A stretch of 37,804 bases of DNA, taken from the IMG/VR virus record IMGVR_UViG_3300021082_000065, positions 1-37,804 of that record, one strand, 5' to 3'. Origin of the DNA: a virus (taxonomy: Duplodnaviria > Caudoviricetes). Under the pieces are notes generated by a model. The model was not told the origin of the DNA. It ran no database searches and saw only the letters and a list, made by a program, of their open reading frames with translations. The position numbers and the translations under genes were made by a program. This document shows, in pieces, positions 16,437-25,087 of this stretch (the stretch's first letter is position 1; each line of letters begins with the position of its first letter).

Positions 16437-16853
16437 CTAGGCGGCCATCGCGGTCACCTCTGCGGTCACCGAGTACCTGGGTCTGGCGTTGTCTGCGTCC
16501 GGGAGCCAGACGACGCCGACGACCTCTGCTCCGAAGGCGTCGACACCGGTGGCCAGGGTGGTCCGGCCGCGGATCTCCTCCAAGCGTGACCGCACGGCGT
16601 TGAGCACCTCGGTGGCGCCGGCCTTGTCCCGCAGCCGGCCCCAGACGCTCACATCGATCAGGGCGAGATCCAGAGGCGCCTCGCTCGGGTCCTGGCCGCC
16701 GCCCACCCGGGCGACGGTGACGAGGGGGAAGGTGGCGTCGGTGGCCCCTTCCGGGATGCCGAAGAACACCCGGCCGGCGACCAGCGCCGTGATGGCGGTG
16801 TCGGCGCGCAGCCAGTCCCGCACACCGCCCTCGACATCGGGCCAGGCGCTCAC
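16437..16853 (-). CDS. Tail terminator/completion protein
   Basis: LVAGRVFF...FPLVTVARVGG...WLPD...RY; position. Confidence 0.78.
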   Translation of the reverse strand: MSAWPDVEGGVRDWLRADTAITALVAGRVFFGIPEGATDATFPLVTVARVGGGQDPSEAPLDLALIDVSVWGRLRDKAGATEVLNAVRSRLEEIRGRTTLATGVDAFGAEVVGVVWLPDADNARPRYSVTAEVTAMAA

Positions 16854-17182
16854 GGCCCGCTACCGCCGGCGGCCGAGAGGGCGGGGCGCAGGAACGGGTA
16901 GGCGGGAGCGCGGGAGGTGCCCATCTCGACGTAGGGGGCGTAGTGGACGTTGGTCCCGATGCGCGCCACCAGCGTCTTGCCGTTGCGGCCGAGCTCGAAG
17001 GTGATCGACGAGCGCAGCCGACCGGTGACCACCCGGGGCCCAGGACGCCCGGAGGCGTTGCGCTTCGCCGCTGAGGTGACCCTGATGGCGATGCGGGCCA
17101 GCTCCTTACCGGTCGGGCCCTCGGGCGAGGCGAACAGCTCGTCGAGGGCGGCCTGGTCGAACACGACGTAGGCGTCAGCCAT
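16850..17182 (-). CDS. HK97 gp10-like neck/tail component
   Basis: VTGRLRSSI...GTNVHYAPYVEMGT...PFLRPAL. Confidence 0.85.
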   Translation of the reverse strand: MADAYVVFDQAALDELFASPEGPTGKELARIAIRVTSAAKRNASGRPGPRVVTGRLRSSITFELGRNGKTLVARIGTNVHYAPYVEMGTSRAPAYPFLRPALSAAGGSGP

Positions 17183-17510
17183 CGGCCCCGCCCTTCACGG
17201 CGCGCAGCCCGACCGCCTGGTGGTCGAGACCGAGGCCCTGGCGCTGGCGGACCCACACGACGGACCAGCACTCCCCGGTGCCGTCGTCGGTGACCAGATC
17301 CCGGTGGGTCAGACAGGGAGAAGGGTCGAGGCGCAGGACTGCGTCCACGACCTCCTTAGAACCCCCCACGATCGTCTCAGAGCCATGGGGGGAGCCGATG
17401 TGGGCTCGTCTGCCCCTGACCACCAACGAACCCCTGTCGGCCTCGTAGGGGTCGTCTCCGCCTTCCGGTCGGCGGATGGTGACGGTGGTGGTGGCCAGAG
17501 GGAGGCTCAC
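17175..17510 (-). CDS. Head-to-tail stopper (head closure)
   Basis: TTTVTIRRP...DPY...GLDH pattern; position; GTGA overlap. Confidence 0.72.
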   Translation of the reverse strand: MSLPLATTTVTIRRPEGGDDPYEADRGSLVVRGRRAHIGSPHGSETIVGGSKEVVDAVLRLDPSPCLTHRDLVTDDGTGECWSVVWVRQRQGLGLDHQAVGLRAVKGGADG

Positions 17511-18106
17511 CACCAGCCCCCCAGGTCGCAGCCGACGGGTGAGCCGACCCGGGTGTAGCGGTAGGCGAGCGTCTCGTCCGACCAGCTGACCTGGGACTCC
17601 GACGCCGCGCCGGCGCCGCCCGGGCCGAAGGTGACCGACACGTCCCCCACCGTCGCCGCGGTGACCCCGGCCGGAAGCCCCGACAGGCTGCCTGCGGTGG
17701 GGTCGGCCAGTGCCATGGCCGCGAAGGCCAGGTCTCGCTCGATGCAGGTGGGCAGCCGGTTGTCGGCGACCGGGTTGGCGGTGCGCTCGACCCAGCCACC
17801 GGTGTAGGTCACCGTCACCGCCGTGGTGCCTCCAACGAAGTCGAACACGGCCGGGAACAGCGAGGCGTGCAGCGCCAGGCCGTCGACGAAGTAGCCGCCG
17901 GAGTCGGTGATCGGCGTGGCGGTGGGCCACAGCCGGCCGTCACGGGTGGGCCACAGCTCCTCGGTGCGCTCAGCCGCCGCCAACGGGCGGGCCAGCTCGT
18001 CCTCGAGCAGCTCGACGGCGTACTCGATCCTGGCCGAGACCAGGTACTCGGGCGTGTCGATGTCGCCGGTGATCGCCTGGTAGCGGGCGAAGGTGACGAG
18101 GGCCAT
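17507..18106 (-). CDS. Head-to-tail adaptor
   Basis: VTVTYTGGW and VGDVSVTF motifs; start re-called at MALVTF. Confidence 0.78.
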   Translation of the reverse strand: MALVTFARYQAITGDIDTPEYLVSARIEYAVELLEDELARPLAAAERTEELWPTRDGRLWPTATPITDSGGYFVDGLALHASLFPAVFDFVGGTTAVTVTYTGGWVERTANPVADNRLPTCIERDLAFAAMALADPTAGSLSGLPAGVTAATVGDVSVTFGPGGAGAASESQVSWSDETLAYRYTRVGSPVGCDLGGWW

Positions 18107-18447
18107 CAGCGGTCCTCGGCGGGCCGGTGGGCCCGGTCCTCGGCGGGTGTGCGTCGGCGGGCGCCCCGCTTGGGCTCCTCGACTGCCGGCTTCTTGGCCG
18201 CCTTGGAGGCCTTGACCAGCCCGTACTTGACGGCGTCGGCCATCGGGACGAAGTCCCCTTCCCCGTACACGACTCGGCACAGCTCCTCGTCGACGATGCG
18301 ATGGGGGGCGATGACGAAGTCCTGGCCGGCCATGGGGTCGAAACCTCCGGGTAGGAACGGGTAGTCGATCGGGTGCGGCGGCAGGGTGAGCTGGCAGCCG
18401 CCGCAGACCGGGCACCCCTGAGCGGGTGCGGAGAGGTGCCCGGTCAT
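18106..18447 (-). CDS. Hypothetical protein (CPVCGGC; Lys/Ala-rich tail ending AEDR)
   Basis: Between capsid and adaptor; TGATG coupling. Confidence 0.6.
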   Translation of the reverse strand: MTGHLSAPAQGCPVCGGCQLTLPPHPIDYPFLPGGFDPMAGQDFVIAPHRIVDEELCRVVYGEGDFVPMADAVKYGLVKASKAAKKPAVEEPKRGARRRTPAEDRAHRPAEDR

Positions 18448-18465
18448 GCAGCCCTGGCAGGGGAC

Positions 18466-19707
18466 CTACGGGGTTACCGTGGTGTCGACGAACCAGTCGG
18501 GCCGGTGGACGGCCAGGCCGATGCGCTCCTCGGCGAGGATCGCCACCAGGTTCTTGACGAAGTAGTCGTTGTGCTGGTCGCCGACCCGCACCGTGACGCC
18601 TTCGCGCTCGAAGATGGTGGCTCCCATCGAGGAGCCGACGAGCGCCTTGCCGGCGACCATCGACCGGGTGCGGACCGCGGCGAGCCCCCAGGTGAAGGCC
18701 TCCTGCTGCGCCGGCGCCGAGCCGCCGAACCCGTTGTCGAACTGGTTGGCCTGACGACGGGTCATGCCGGCCCAGTAGTCGAGCGGGTTGAGCGCCACGA
18801 AGTTGGCTTCCCCGTCCACGTTCTCGACCAGGCCGATGGCCAGGCCGATGGTGCCGGGCAGGTCCGTGGCGACTGCGGCGCGGGTCTGCACGCCGACGGT
18901 CTGGAGGATGCCCCGCAGGTTGGGTGCGGTGCCGTTGCCGTTGAGCACCTGGGCCTCTTCACGCAGCATCAGCATGTAGCGGAGCCGGTTGTCGATGTAG
19001 CCACGCAGGGTGGGCGCGTCGGCCAGGATCTCCGAGGTGGCCGGGATCCAGGCGGCGATCTTGCGGATCGGAGCGTCGACCTGGGTGAACTGCATGACGA
19101 CCTCGGGCTTGGCCGAGCCCTCGGAGGTCATCAGGGCGCCGGCCTCGTTGGTGAGGGCATTCACCTCGCGGATGTAGGGGACCGAGGCGAGCCCGGTCTG
19201 CTGCACCGAGAGGACGTCGCGGATGAACAGGCGGATCTGGCGGGCCGTTCCGGCTGCCATGTACGGGGTGCCGACCGGTCGCCACACACCGCCGGCGGGG
19301 TCGACGACCCCGGAGTCGATGAGCGTGCGGACCTCGACCTCGAAGGTGCCCCGCTGCTTCGCGGCCCACTCCTCGTAGCCCTCGGCGGCGACGAACTCGC
19401 GGCCGGCGGAGATGCGGGCCTCTTCGAGCTCTGCGAAGGCGCCGGTGGGGCCCTTGGCCTTGGCGGCCGCCTCGGCCTTGGTGCGGGCCTCGGCCTGCGC
19501 GGCCCGCTCGCCGGCCTCGAGGGCCTTCTCGATCGAGTCGAACATGTGGATGAAGTCGACGGCCGAGCGGAGGTCGTCGGCGTAGGTGGGGGGACGCTTG
19601 TCCTCGGGTCCGGCTCGGAGGTCGCGGAGGTACTCTCCGGCGCCGGCCAGGTGCTGGCGGATCTCGGGAAGGCCGTCTTCGGCCTTCACGGTGGGCGCAT
19701 AGGGCAT
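18466..19707 (-). CDS. Major capsid protein, HK97 fold
   Basis: EGSAKP...RKIAAWIPATSEILADAPTL...EAQVLNGNG...NLVAILAEERIGLAVHRP; GAGGAG RBS before MPYAP. Confidence 0.93.
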   Translation of the reverse strand: MPYAPTVKAEDGLPEIRQHLAGAGEYLRDLRAGPEDKRPPTYADDLRSAVDFIHMFDSIEKALEAGERAAQAEARTKAEAAAKAKGPTGAFAELEEARISAGREFVAAEGYEEWAAKQRGTFEVEVRTLIDSGVVDPAGGVWRPVGTPYMAAGTARQIRLFIRDVLSVQQTGLASVPYIREVNALTNEAGALMTSEGSAKPEVVMQFTQVDAPIRKIAAWIPATSEILADAPTLRGYIDNRLRYMLMLREEAQVLNGNGTAPNLRGILQTVGVQTRAAVATDLPGTIGLAIGLVENVDGEANFVALNPLDYWAGMTRRQANQFDNGFGGSAPAQQEAFTWGLAAVRTRSMVAGKALVGSSMGATIFEREGVTVRVGDQHNDYFVKNLVAILAEERIGLAVHRPDWFVDTTVTP

Positions 19708-19790
19708 GAGGGTGCTCCTCGGGGACGTGCAACTGGATGGGTTGGACGTCGCTGCCACAGAGCAATCGGCCAGGCACAGCGGCTGCTCGG

Positions 19791-19814
19791 AGGATGCCGG
19801 GAGGGCGTTGACCT
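19791..19814 (-). promoter_or_regulatory. Putative late promoter (capsid/tail block)
   Basis: AGGTCAAC-N10-CATCCT. Confidence 0.7.
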
Positions 19815-20236
19815 CAGTAGGTGGACCAGGCCCCCCAGCCGGAGACGTCGTGGACGTGGAGGGCGCAGGCCAGGTTGAAAGCAGCGTCGAACAGCTCGGA
19901 CGCCGTGCCGCCGCAGTCATCGGCCCAGGCAGGCATCACCTGCATCAGCCCGGTGGCCCCGGAGCCGTTGTAGGCGTCTTCGACGCACATGGACTCGGCG
20001 TGCATGACGCGGGCCATGGTTGGCCACTGGTCCGGCTCCCAGCCGACCTCGAGGGCCAGGTCGAACCACTCCGGACAGGGCCGGCCGGTGGTCATCGCAG
20101 CCTTCTCGGCCAGGTAGGCGTCGGAGACCTGCTGCGCGGTGGCAGGGTCGAGCTGGTGGAGCTCCATCCAGCGGGCGACCTGGGCGGGCGTGTAGGCGGT
20201 GAGGGCGACCAGAACCAGAAGGGCGAGTCGTTTCAT
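19814..20236 (-). CDS. Exported lytic transglycosylase (SLT/lysozyme-like)
   Basis: Signal peptide MKRLALLVLVALTA; HAES, GATGLMQV, N..CA and GWGAW motifs. Confidence 0.85.
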   Translation of the reverse strand: MKRLALLVLVALTAYTPAQVARWMELHQLDPATAQQVSDAYLAEKAAMTTGRPCPEWFDLALEVGWEPDQWPTMARVMHAESMCVEDAYNGSGATGLMQVMPAWADDCGGTASELFDAAFNLACALHVHDVSGWGAWSTY

Positions 20237-20242
20237 GTCGAA

Positions 20243-20266
20243 ACGGTTACGGAATGACGTTGACCT
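20243..20266 (-). promoter_or_regulatory. Putative late promoter (transglycosylase), leaderless
   Basis: AGGTCAAC-N10-AACCGT, then 6 nt to ATG. Confidence 0.7.
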
Positions 20267-20366
20267 ATCGACGCCAGGTGGCGATGCAGGCCAGCAGCTG
20301 GGACAGGGTGATCTCCCGGGCGTGATAGCGGCGGAACGCCTCGCGCAGCACGTCGCTCCTCGACAC
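20265..20366 (-). CDS. Possible 33-aa peptide
   Basis: MSRSDVLREAFRRYHAREITLSQLLACIATWRR fills the gap; weak start context. Confidence 0.35.
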   Translation of the reverse strand: MSRSDVLREAFRRYHAREITLSQLLACIATWRR

Positions 20367-20377
20367 CGCCGCGGACG

Positions 20378-20542
20378 CTAGCGGGGGTCGTGGGAGCGGC
20401 AGAAGGTGGCCGCGATGGCCGACCCGCCCCACTCCTCGGGGAAGGTCTCCGTCAACACGACCGCCTTGCGACGTGGCACGGTCCGGCCGCACGTCTCGCA
20501 TTCGGCGACCAGCCTCCGATTGCGCCACCAGCGACGGATCAT
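20378..20542 (-). CDS. Small Zn-binding protein
   Basis: CETC...CRSH; ATGA overlap. Confidence 0.6.
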   Translation of the reverse strand: MIRRWWRNRRLVAECETCGRTVPRRKAVVLTETFPEEWGGSAIAATFCRSHDPR

Positions 20543-21534
20543 CGCAGCCACTGCGGGTGGCCGACCATCCAGACGACGGTCCGTTCCAGCGCGTCGTCCA
20601 GGCTGAACGGCGGCTTCCACCCGGCCGCGTGGATCTTGGCGGAGTCCAGCGCGTAGCGGTGGTCGTGGCCGGGACGAGAGGAGTGGTAGTCGACCCATCG
20701 GATCGACGGTCGCCGATGCAGGATCTGACCGACCGTCTCGGCCATCTCGACAACGGTGCGCTCCTCGCCGGCAACGTGCCACCGGTCCGGCCGGTCGACG
20801 TCCACGCCGTAGCGCGCCACCGGCTGGCCGAGGAGCCAGACCAGGGCGTCGGCGTGGTTGCGGGCGTGGAGCCAGTGCCGCGCCGACGGCTCCCATCCCT
20901 CCGGTCCCGGCCGGCCGTGCAGCTCGACGGGAGCGCCGCGGGCGATGCGCTTGACCAGCATCGGCACGAACTTCTCCGGGTGCTGGCGCTCGCCGTAGAG
21001 GTTCATGGTGTTGGTGATCACCACCGGGACGTCGAACGTCCGCCACCAGGCGATGGCCAGCGCCTCCTGTGAGGCCTTCGACGCCGCATACGGGTTCGAC
21101 GGGATGGGCGGCTCCCACTCGGCGTGCGCATGCCCTTCGGCGGCCGGACCGTAGACCTCGTCGGTGGAGATCTGCACGAAGTGGGAGAGGTCCCGACCAC
21201 GCGCCCACTCCAGCAGGTTGAGGGTGGCGGCGACGTTGTTCGTCACGAACGGGACAGGGTCGGCGATGGACCGGTCGACGTGGGACTCGGCAGCCAGGTG
21301 GAACACCGCCCCGACGTCGTCGAGGGCCGGATGGTCGGGGAGTGGGGCGCGCAGGTCGTGCCACAGGATCTTGACCCGGTCGGGGTCGTAGCCGGCGATG
21401 TCGGTGAGCCGGTCCACCCGACCGGCATAGGTGAGCGAGTCCAGCACCACCAGCTGGTGGTCGGTGGTGGCGAGCACGTGCTCGACGAGATGGTGGCCGG
21501 CGAACCCGCAGCCCCCGGTGACGAGGATCTTCAC
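20539..21534 (-). CDS. rfbB: dTDP-glucose 4,6-dehydratase (extended SDR)
   Basis: ILVTGGCGFAG, DSLTYAG, HLAAESHVDRSI, STDEVYG, PYAASK, QHPEKF, RPGHDHRYALD. Confidence 0.92.
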   Translation of the reverse strand: MKILVTGGCGFAGHHLVEHVLATTDHQLVVLDSLTYAGRVDRLTDIAGYDPDRVKILWHDLRAPLPDHPALDDVGAVFHLAAESHVDRSIADPVPFVTNNVAATLNLLEWARGRDLSHFVQISTDEVYGPAAEGHAHAEWEPPIPSNPYAASKASQEALAIAWWRTFDVPVVITNTMNLYGERQHPEKFVPMLVKRIARGAPVELHGRPGPEGWEPSARHWLHARNHADALVWLLGQPVARYGVDVDRPDRWHVAGEERTVVEMAETVGQILHRRPSIRWVDYHSSRPGHDHRYALDSAKIHAAGWKPPFSLDDALERTVVWMVGHPQWLR

Positions 21535-22109
21535 CCGCCCGCCTTCCGGGCGGTGACCGCGCACTGGTGCAAGGTGTAGGCGACCAGCGGCCATGATCCA
21601 AGCTGCTCGGGGTGGATCGGCTGGGGCTCGACGTCGACGAACTCGGTGTGCTGGCGGAACAGGAACACCACCCGGGCCTCGTAGCAGTTCCACCAGTGCC
21701 GGGAATGCTTCCAGCGGGGCTCCTCGTAGATCAGCCCGTAGCCGGTCTCGCCATAGCAGCGGTCCCAGGGGTTCTCCAGGATCGACTCGATCAGGTCCCA
21801 GCCTTCGGGGTCGAGGTCTTCCTTCCACCGCTTGAGCACCCGCAGGATGTCGGGGCCGACGACGCAGATCTCCCCGCCGGGGCGCAGGGCCCGGTGGATG
21901 TCGGCCAGGAAGGCGGGGACGTCGGGCCAGGGGATGTGCTCGAGCACGTGGCCCATGTAGACCCGGTCCACCCGGTTGTCCGGGTAGGTGGCCAGCGGCC
22001 GGTCCGGATCCACCACCTCGTCGGGGTGGACCCCGTCACCGTCGTGGCAGTCCAGATTCAACCAAGGCGGAGGCGCCCTGAAGGACCCGCACCCTACGTT
22101 CAACCACAT
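21531..22109 (-). CDS. Class I SAM-dependent methyltransferase
   Basis: LNVGCG...WLNLD...HVLEH...LRPGG; start re-called at MWLNV. Confidence 0.85.
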   Translation of the reverse strand: MWLNVGCGSFRAPPPWLNLDCHDGDGVHPDEVVDPDRPLATYPDNRVDRVYMGHVLEHIPWPDVPAFLADIHRALRPGGEICVVGPDILRVLKRWKEDLDPEGWDLIESILENPWDRCYGETGYGLIYEEPRWKHSRHWWNCYEARVVFLFRQHTEFVDVEPQPIHPEQLGSWPLVAYTLHQCAVTARKAGG

Positions 22110-22534
22110 CAGCGCACGCGCTTTCTGTCCCGCTCGCGACAACACGCTCGACAGTTCCAGGCCCCGGGTCGATCCTTCCGCCAATAGGCGTTCTCCTTTG
22201 AGCGAGGATGCCCCCTCATGCAGGTGCCGGCTCGCCATGCCTTGACGGTGCCCAGCTCGCCGCGCAGGACGTTCTCACCGCGCGTCACTGGCTCCAGATG
22301 GTCCGGGTTGACGCAGGACCGCTCACGGCACAGGTGGTCAAGCGTCAGGTCCGCGGGGACGTCCGCGACCAGCGCCACATAGGCAAACCGATGCGCCAAC
22401 CAAAGCTGACCATGGACGCGCAACTCACCGTATCCGTCTCGTCGTAGAGGCCCTTGCCAGATCCAGCACCCCCCGGCGTCCACCACGATGCGATGCGCGG
22501 CACGCTCTTCCCACAGCCGTTCCTCGATGGTCAT
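22109..22534 (-). CDS. HNH homing endonuclease
   Basis: CWIWQG...GYG...AHRFAY...LDHLCRERSCVNPDHLEPVT..EN plus a C-terminal CMRGH...CRAC domain. Confidence 0.9.
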   Translation of the reverse strand: MTIEERLWEERAAHRIVVDAGGCWIWQGPLRRDGYGELRVHGQLWLAHRFAYVALVADVPADLTLDHLCRERSCVNPDHLEPVTRGENVLRGELGTVKAWRAGTCMRGHPRSKENAYWRKDRPGAWNCRACCRERDRKRVR

Positions 22535-23385
22535 CGGACCGGCTGACGGCCGTCGAGCGGGAACCACCAGCCGCCGAGCGGGTGGTGGCGCGCCGGCGGC
22601 ATGTCGGGTCGGTGGTGGATGCCGGAGAAGTGGGAGATGAGCGCCCGGCGTTCCATCGTCTCGTCCCGCGGGACGGAGCCACGGTGCAGGAGCCGGCTGT
22701 GCCAGATGAGCACGTCGCCCCGAACGGGGCGGTAGCTGGTCGGGGTGACGTGGCGCGCTTCGAGCTCGGCTTCGAACAGCGGGGTGAGGATGCGCTCGGA
22801 GGCGGCCGGCCACTGGGGCGTGGCGCCTTCCAGGCCGAGAGCCTGGCGCATCAGGTCCTGGGAGATGGGCGGCCACCAGTGGTGCGACCCGGGCACGTAC
22901 TGGAAGGGCCCGGAGTCGGGGTGGATGTCGTCGAGGGCCAGCCACACGGCGGCGTAGTGAGCGCCGACGCCGGGCGGGTTGAGGTACTGGTCGAAGTGCC
23001 AGTCACGTCGGGTGGAGCGCCAACCGGTGAGGTTGAGGTGCACGCCGGCGGGCTCACCGATCAGCTCGGCCAGCACCGTGGCCAGCCCGGCCTCGCAGCA
23101 GAGCGCCTTGAGCATCGGGTAGTCCATGTACGGGGTGGCGTAGTCCCAGCCACCGGGCGAGGCGTAGGACTCCAGCCAGCCGGGCTGCGCCCCGAAGCCG
23201 CCGTTGACGGCCAGCCACTCGGTCTCGTACAACGCCATCAGAGCCTCGGGGGCGAAGCCGGGCAGGATCACCACGCCGTCGCGCTGCCAGGCCCACTGGT
23301 TGGCGGTGGCCGGGAAGCGCTCGGTGGCCGGGGTGTCGGCCTCGCCCCAGTCCTCGGCCAGGTCGTCGATGGTGAAGGTCGACAC
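22531..23385 (-). CDS. Phytanoyl-CoA dioxygenase family 2OG-Fe(II) oxygenase
   Basis: WHFD, VWLALDDI...GPFQYVPGSH, GDVLIWHSRLLHRGS (HxD...H triad). Confidence 0.88.
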   Translation of the reverse strand: MSTFTIDDLAEDWGEADTPATERFPATANQWAWQRDGVVILPGFAPEALMALYETEWLAVNGGFGAQPGWLESYASPGGWDYATPYMDYPMLKALCCEAGLATVLAELIGEPAGVHLNLTGWRSTRRDWHFDQYLNPPGVGAHYAAVWLALDDIHPDSGPFQYVPGSHHWWPPISQDLMRQALGLEGATPQWPAASERILTPLFEAELEARHVTPTSYRPVRGDVLIWHSRLLHRGSVPRDETMERRALISHFSGIHHRPDMPPARHHPLGGWWFPLDGRQPVR

Positions 23386-23387
23386 GC

Positions 23388-23624
23388 TCAGCCCATCGGC
23401 ATGAGGCGCAGCCCGGTCAGCGCCTCCACCTCGTCGAGGACCGCCTGGTAGGCGGCCTCCATGGCGTCGGGGTCGTTGCCGCCGATGCGCTCGTAGGCGG
23501 CCACCGCCCACGGCAGCCAGGTGGCGTGGCGCCTCACGGCGTCTTCGACGAGGAAGCGGTGGAGCTCGGCCGCGGTGTAGGCGTCCACCGCGCGCCGACC
23601 TTCGGGACTCAGCTTCGCACCCAC
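23388..23624 (-). CDS. Hypothetical protein
   Basis: 78-aa ORF filling the gap inside the cassette. Confidence 0.55.
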   Translation of the reverse strand: MGAKLSPEGRRAVDAYTAAELHRFLVEDAVRRHATWLPWAVAAYERIGGNDPDAMEAAYQAVLDEVEALTGLRLMPMG

Positions 23625-23628
23625 GCCG

Positions 23629-24687
23629 TCACACTGCGCTCATGGCGTTGACCGACGAACACCAGGCATCCCACCACTGCTCGCAGTTGCCTTCGATGGT
23701 CATGCGCTTGGCGCAGGAACGCCCCTGACCGGCGAAGTGGGCTCGGGCGTCGGCCGAGGTGAGCAGGTGGCGCAGCTCACGCGCCCAGTCCTTCGACCGG
23801 TTGGCCACGATCCCCGCCCCCGCAGCCTCCAGCTCGACGTAGGGGGCGGTGGGCGATGCGACGAAGGGGACGCCGACCGCGGCCATCTCCAGGCCCTTGA
23901 GCCAGCTCTTGGCGGCGTTGAACGGGATCAGGTCGAGGGGGACGACGCCGACATCGAGCTGGGCGAGGGCTTCGGGGTACTCGTCGATGGCCCGCCAGCC
24001 CGCCGCGTGGGGCGCCTCGGCCAGGCCAAGGGCGCGCTGCACGCCCCGACCGGTGCCGATCACCGCGAAGCGGGCCCCGGCGTCACGCACCGCGGTGGCG
24101 ATCCCGCCCCGGGCGGCCTGCAGGTCGGTCGGGTGGGTCTCGACCGAGCCTGACCAGCCGCACCACACGTCGAAGTGGGGCTCACGGGTGATGTCCAGAT
24201 ACCGCTCGGGGATCATGTTCGGCACGACGGCCACCCGGCCGTGGCGTCCATAGCGGGCTGCCAGGGCGGGCGTGGTGACGGTCACCAGGTCGGCCAGCTG
24301 GCAGGCGTGGAGGAGGTGATGCCAGTTGCGGGACGGGCTGAACTTCGGGTGCACGGTGTGCCAGGCGATGTTCTGCGGGTGGATGGCCTCGAAGTCGTCG
24401 TCGATCTCGACCACCACCTTGACGCCCTTGGCCTGCATGATGGGGATGGCAGCCACCAAGGTGTTCTGCAGGGGACGCTGGATGACCACCACGTCGGCGT
24501 CGGGGACCATGACGTCGAGGACCTTCGGACCGTCGTCGCCGTCCATCCACCAGGACTGGATCTGGTCGTGGTCAGCGGGCATCACCAGGCGCACGTCGGC
24601 GCCCTGGGCCTGCAGTGTCCGGGCAGGCCAGATCATCCGATGGTGGCCGCACCCGCCCAGGTCGGCCGGGTAGACGGCGACCCTCAC
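23629..24687 (-). CDS. Glycosyltransferase (GT-B, GT4-like)
   Basis: GGCGHHR, VVIQR, EIDDD, VTVTTPALA, VVPN, GWSGS, FNAAKSWLKGLEMAAVGVPFVASP. Confidence 0.88.
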   Translation of the reverse strand: MRVAVYPADLGGCGHHRMIWPARTLQAQGADVRLVMPADHDQIQSWWMDGDDGPKVLDVMVPDADVVVIQRPLQNTLVAAIPIMQAKGVKVVVEIDDDFEAIHPQNIAWHTVHPKFSPSRNWHHLLHACQLADLVTVTTPALAARYGRHGRVAVVPNMIPERYLDITREPHFDVWCGWSGSVETHPTDLQAARGGIATAVRDAGARFAVIGTGRGVQRALGLAEAPHAAGWRAIDEYPEALAQLDVGVVPLDLIPFNAAKSWLKGLEMAAVGVPFVASPTAPYVELEAAGAGIVANRSKDWARELRHLLTSADARAHFAGQGRSCAKRMTIEGNCEQWWDAWCSSVNAMSAV

Positions 24688-25055
24688 GGCCTGACGGACC
24701 AGGGGGTGCCGCTGTAGGCGGGCAGCTGGCAGTACGGATGGGCGTAGCCGGCCTGGCCGGACGAGCCCAGGTGCTCGTTGTTCCACACCCAGATCTGGGC
24801 GCCGCCAGGCCCCGAGACCCGCTGGGAGCAGACGACGAGCACGAGCGGCATCTCGCCGGCCAGGTGGAAGGCGGGGCCCTGCAGGATCGCCCCGTTGACC
24901 AGGATCCAACGCCAGCAGTCGTACGCGGTGCAGCCGGGGTTGCTCAGGTGGGTGTGCGGCGGCCCCTGCGCCCCGAACGAGTGGGCCTCGGCGGTGCTGC
25001 CCACCGGCAACACCAGGCCGAGCGCGAGCAGGACGGTCAGCAGGAGACGTCGCAT
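24684..25055 (-). CDS. Secreted Cys-containing protein
   Basis: Signal peptide MRRLLLTVLLALGLVLPVGSTAEA; four Cys in the mature part. Confidence 0.72.
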   Translation of the reverse strand: MRRLLLTVLLALGLVLPVGSTAEAHSFGAQGPPHTHLSNPGCTAYDCWRWILVNGAILQGPAFHLAGEMPLVLVVCSQRVSGPGGAQIWVWNNEHLGSSGQAGYAHPYCQLPAYSGTPWSVRP

Positions 25056-25063
25056 CGGGCGTC

Positions 25064-25087
25064 ACGGTGCGCCCGACGTGTTGACCT
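25064..25087 (-). promoter_or_regulatory. Putative late promoter (glyco-modification cassette)
   Basis: AGGTCAAC-N10-CACCGT, then 8 nt to ATG. Confidence 0.72.

Noticed and set aside
18466-25065. Long N-terminal extensions in the ORF track (capsid from 19920, rfbB from 21828, glycosyltransferase from 25065 and others)
   Set aside because: They overlap upstream genes; RBS and stop/start overlaps support the shorter starts used here.
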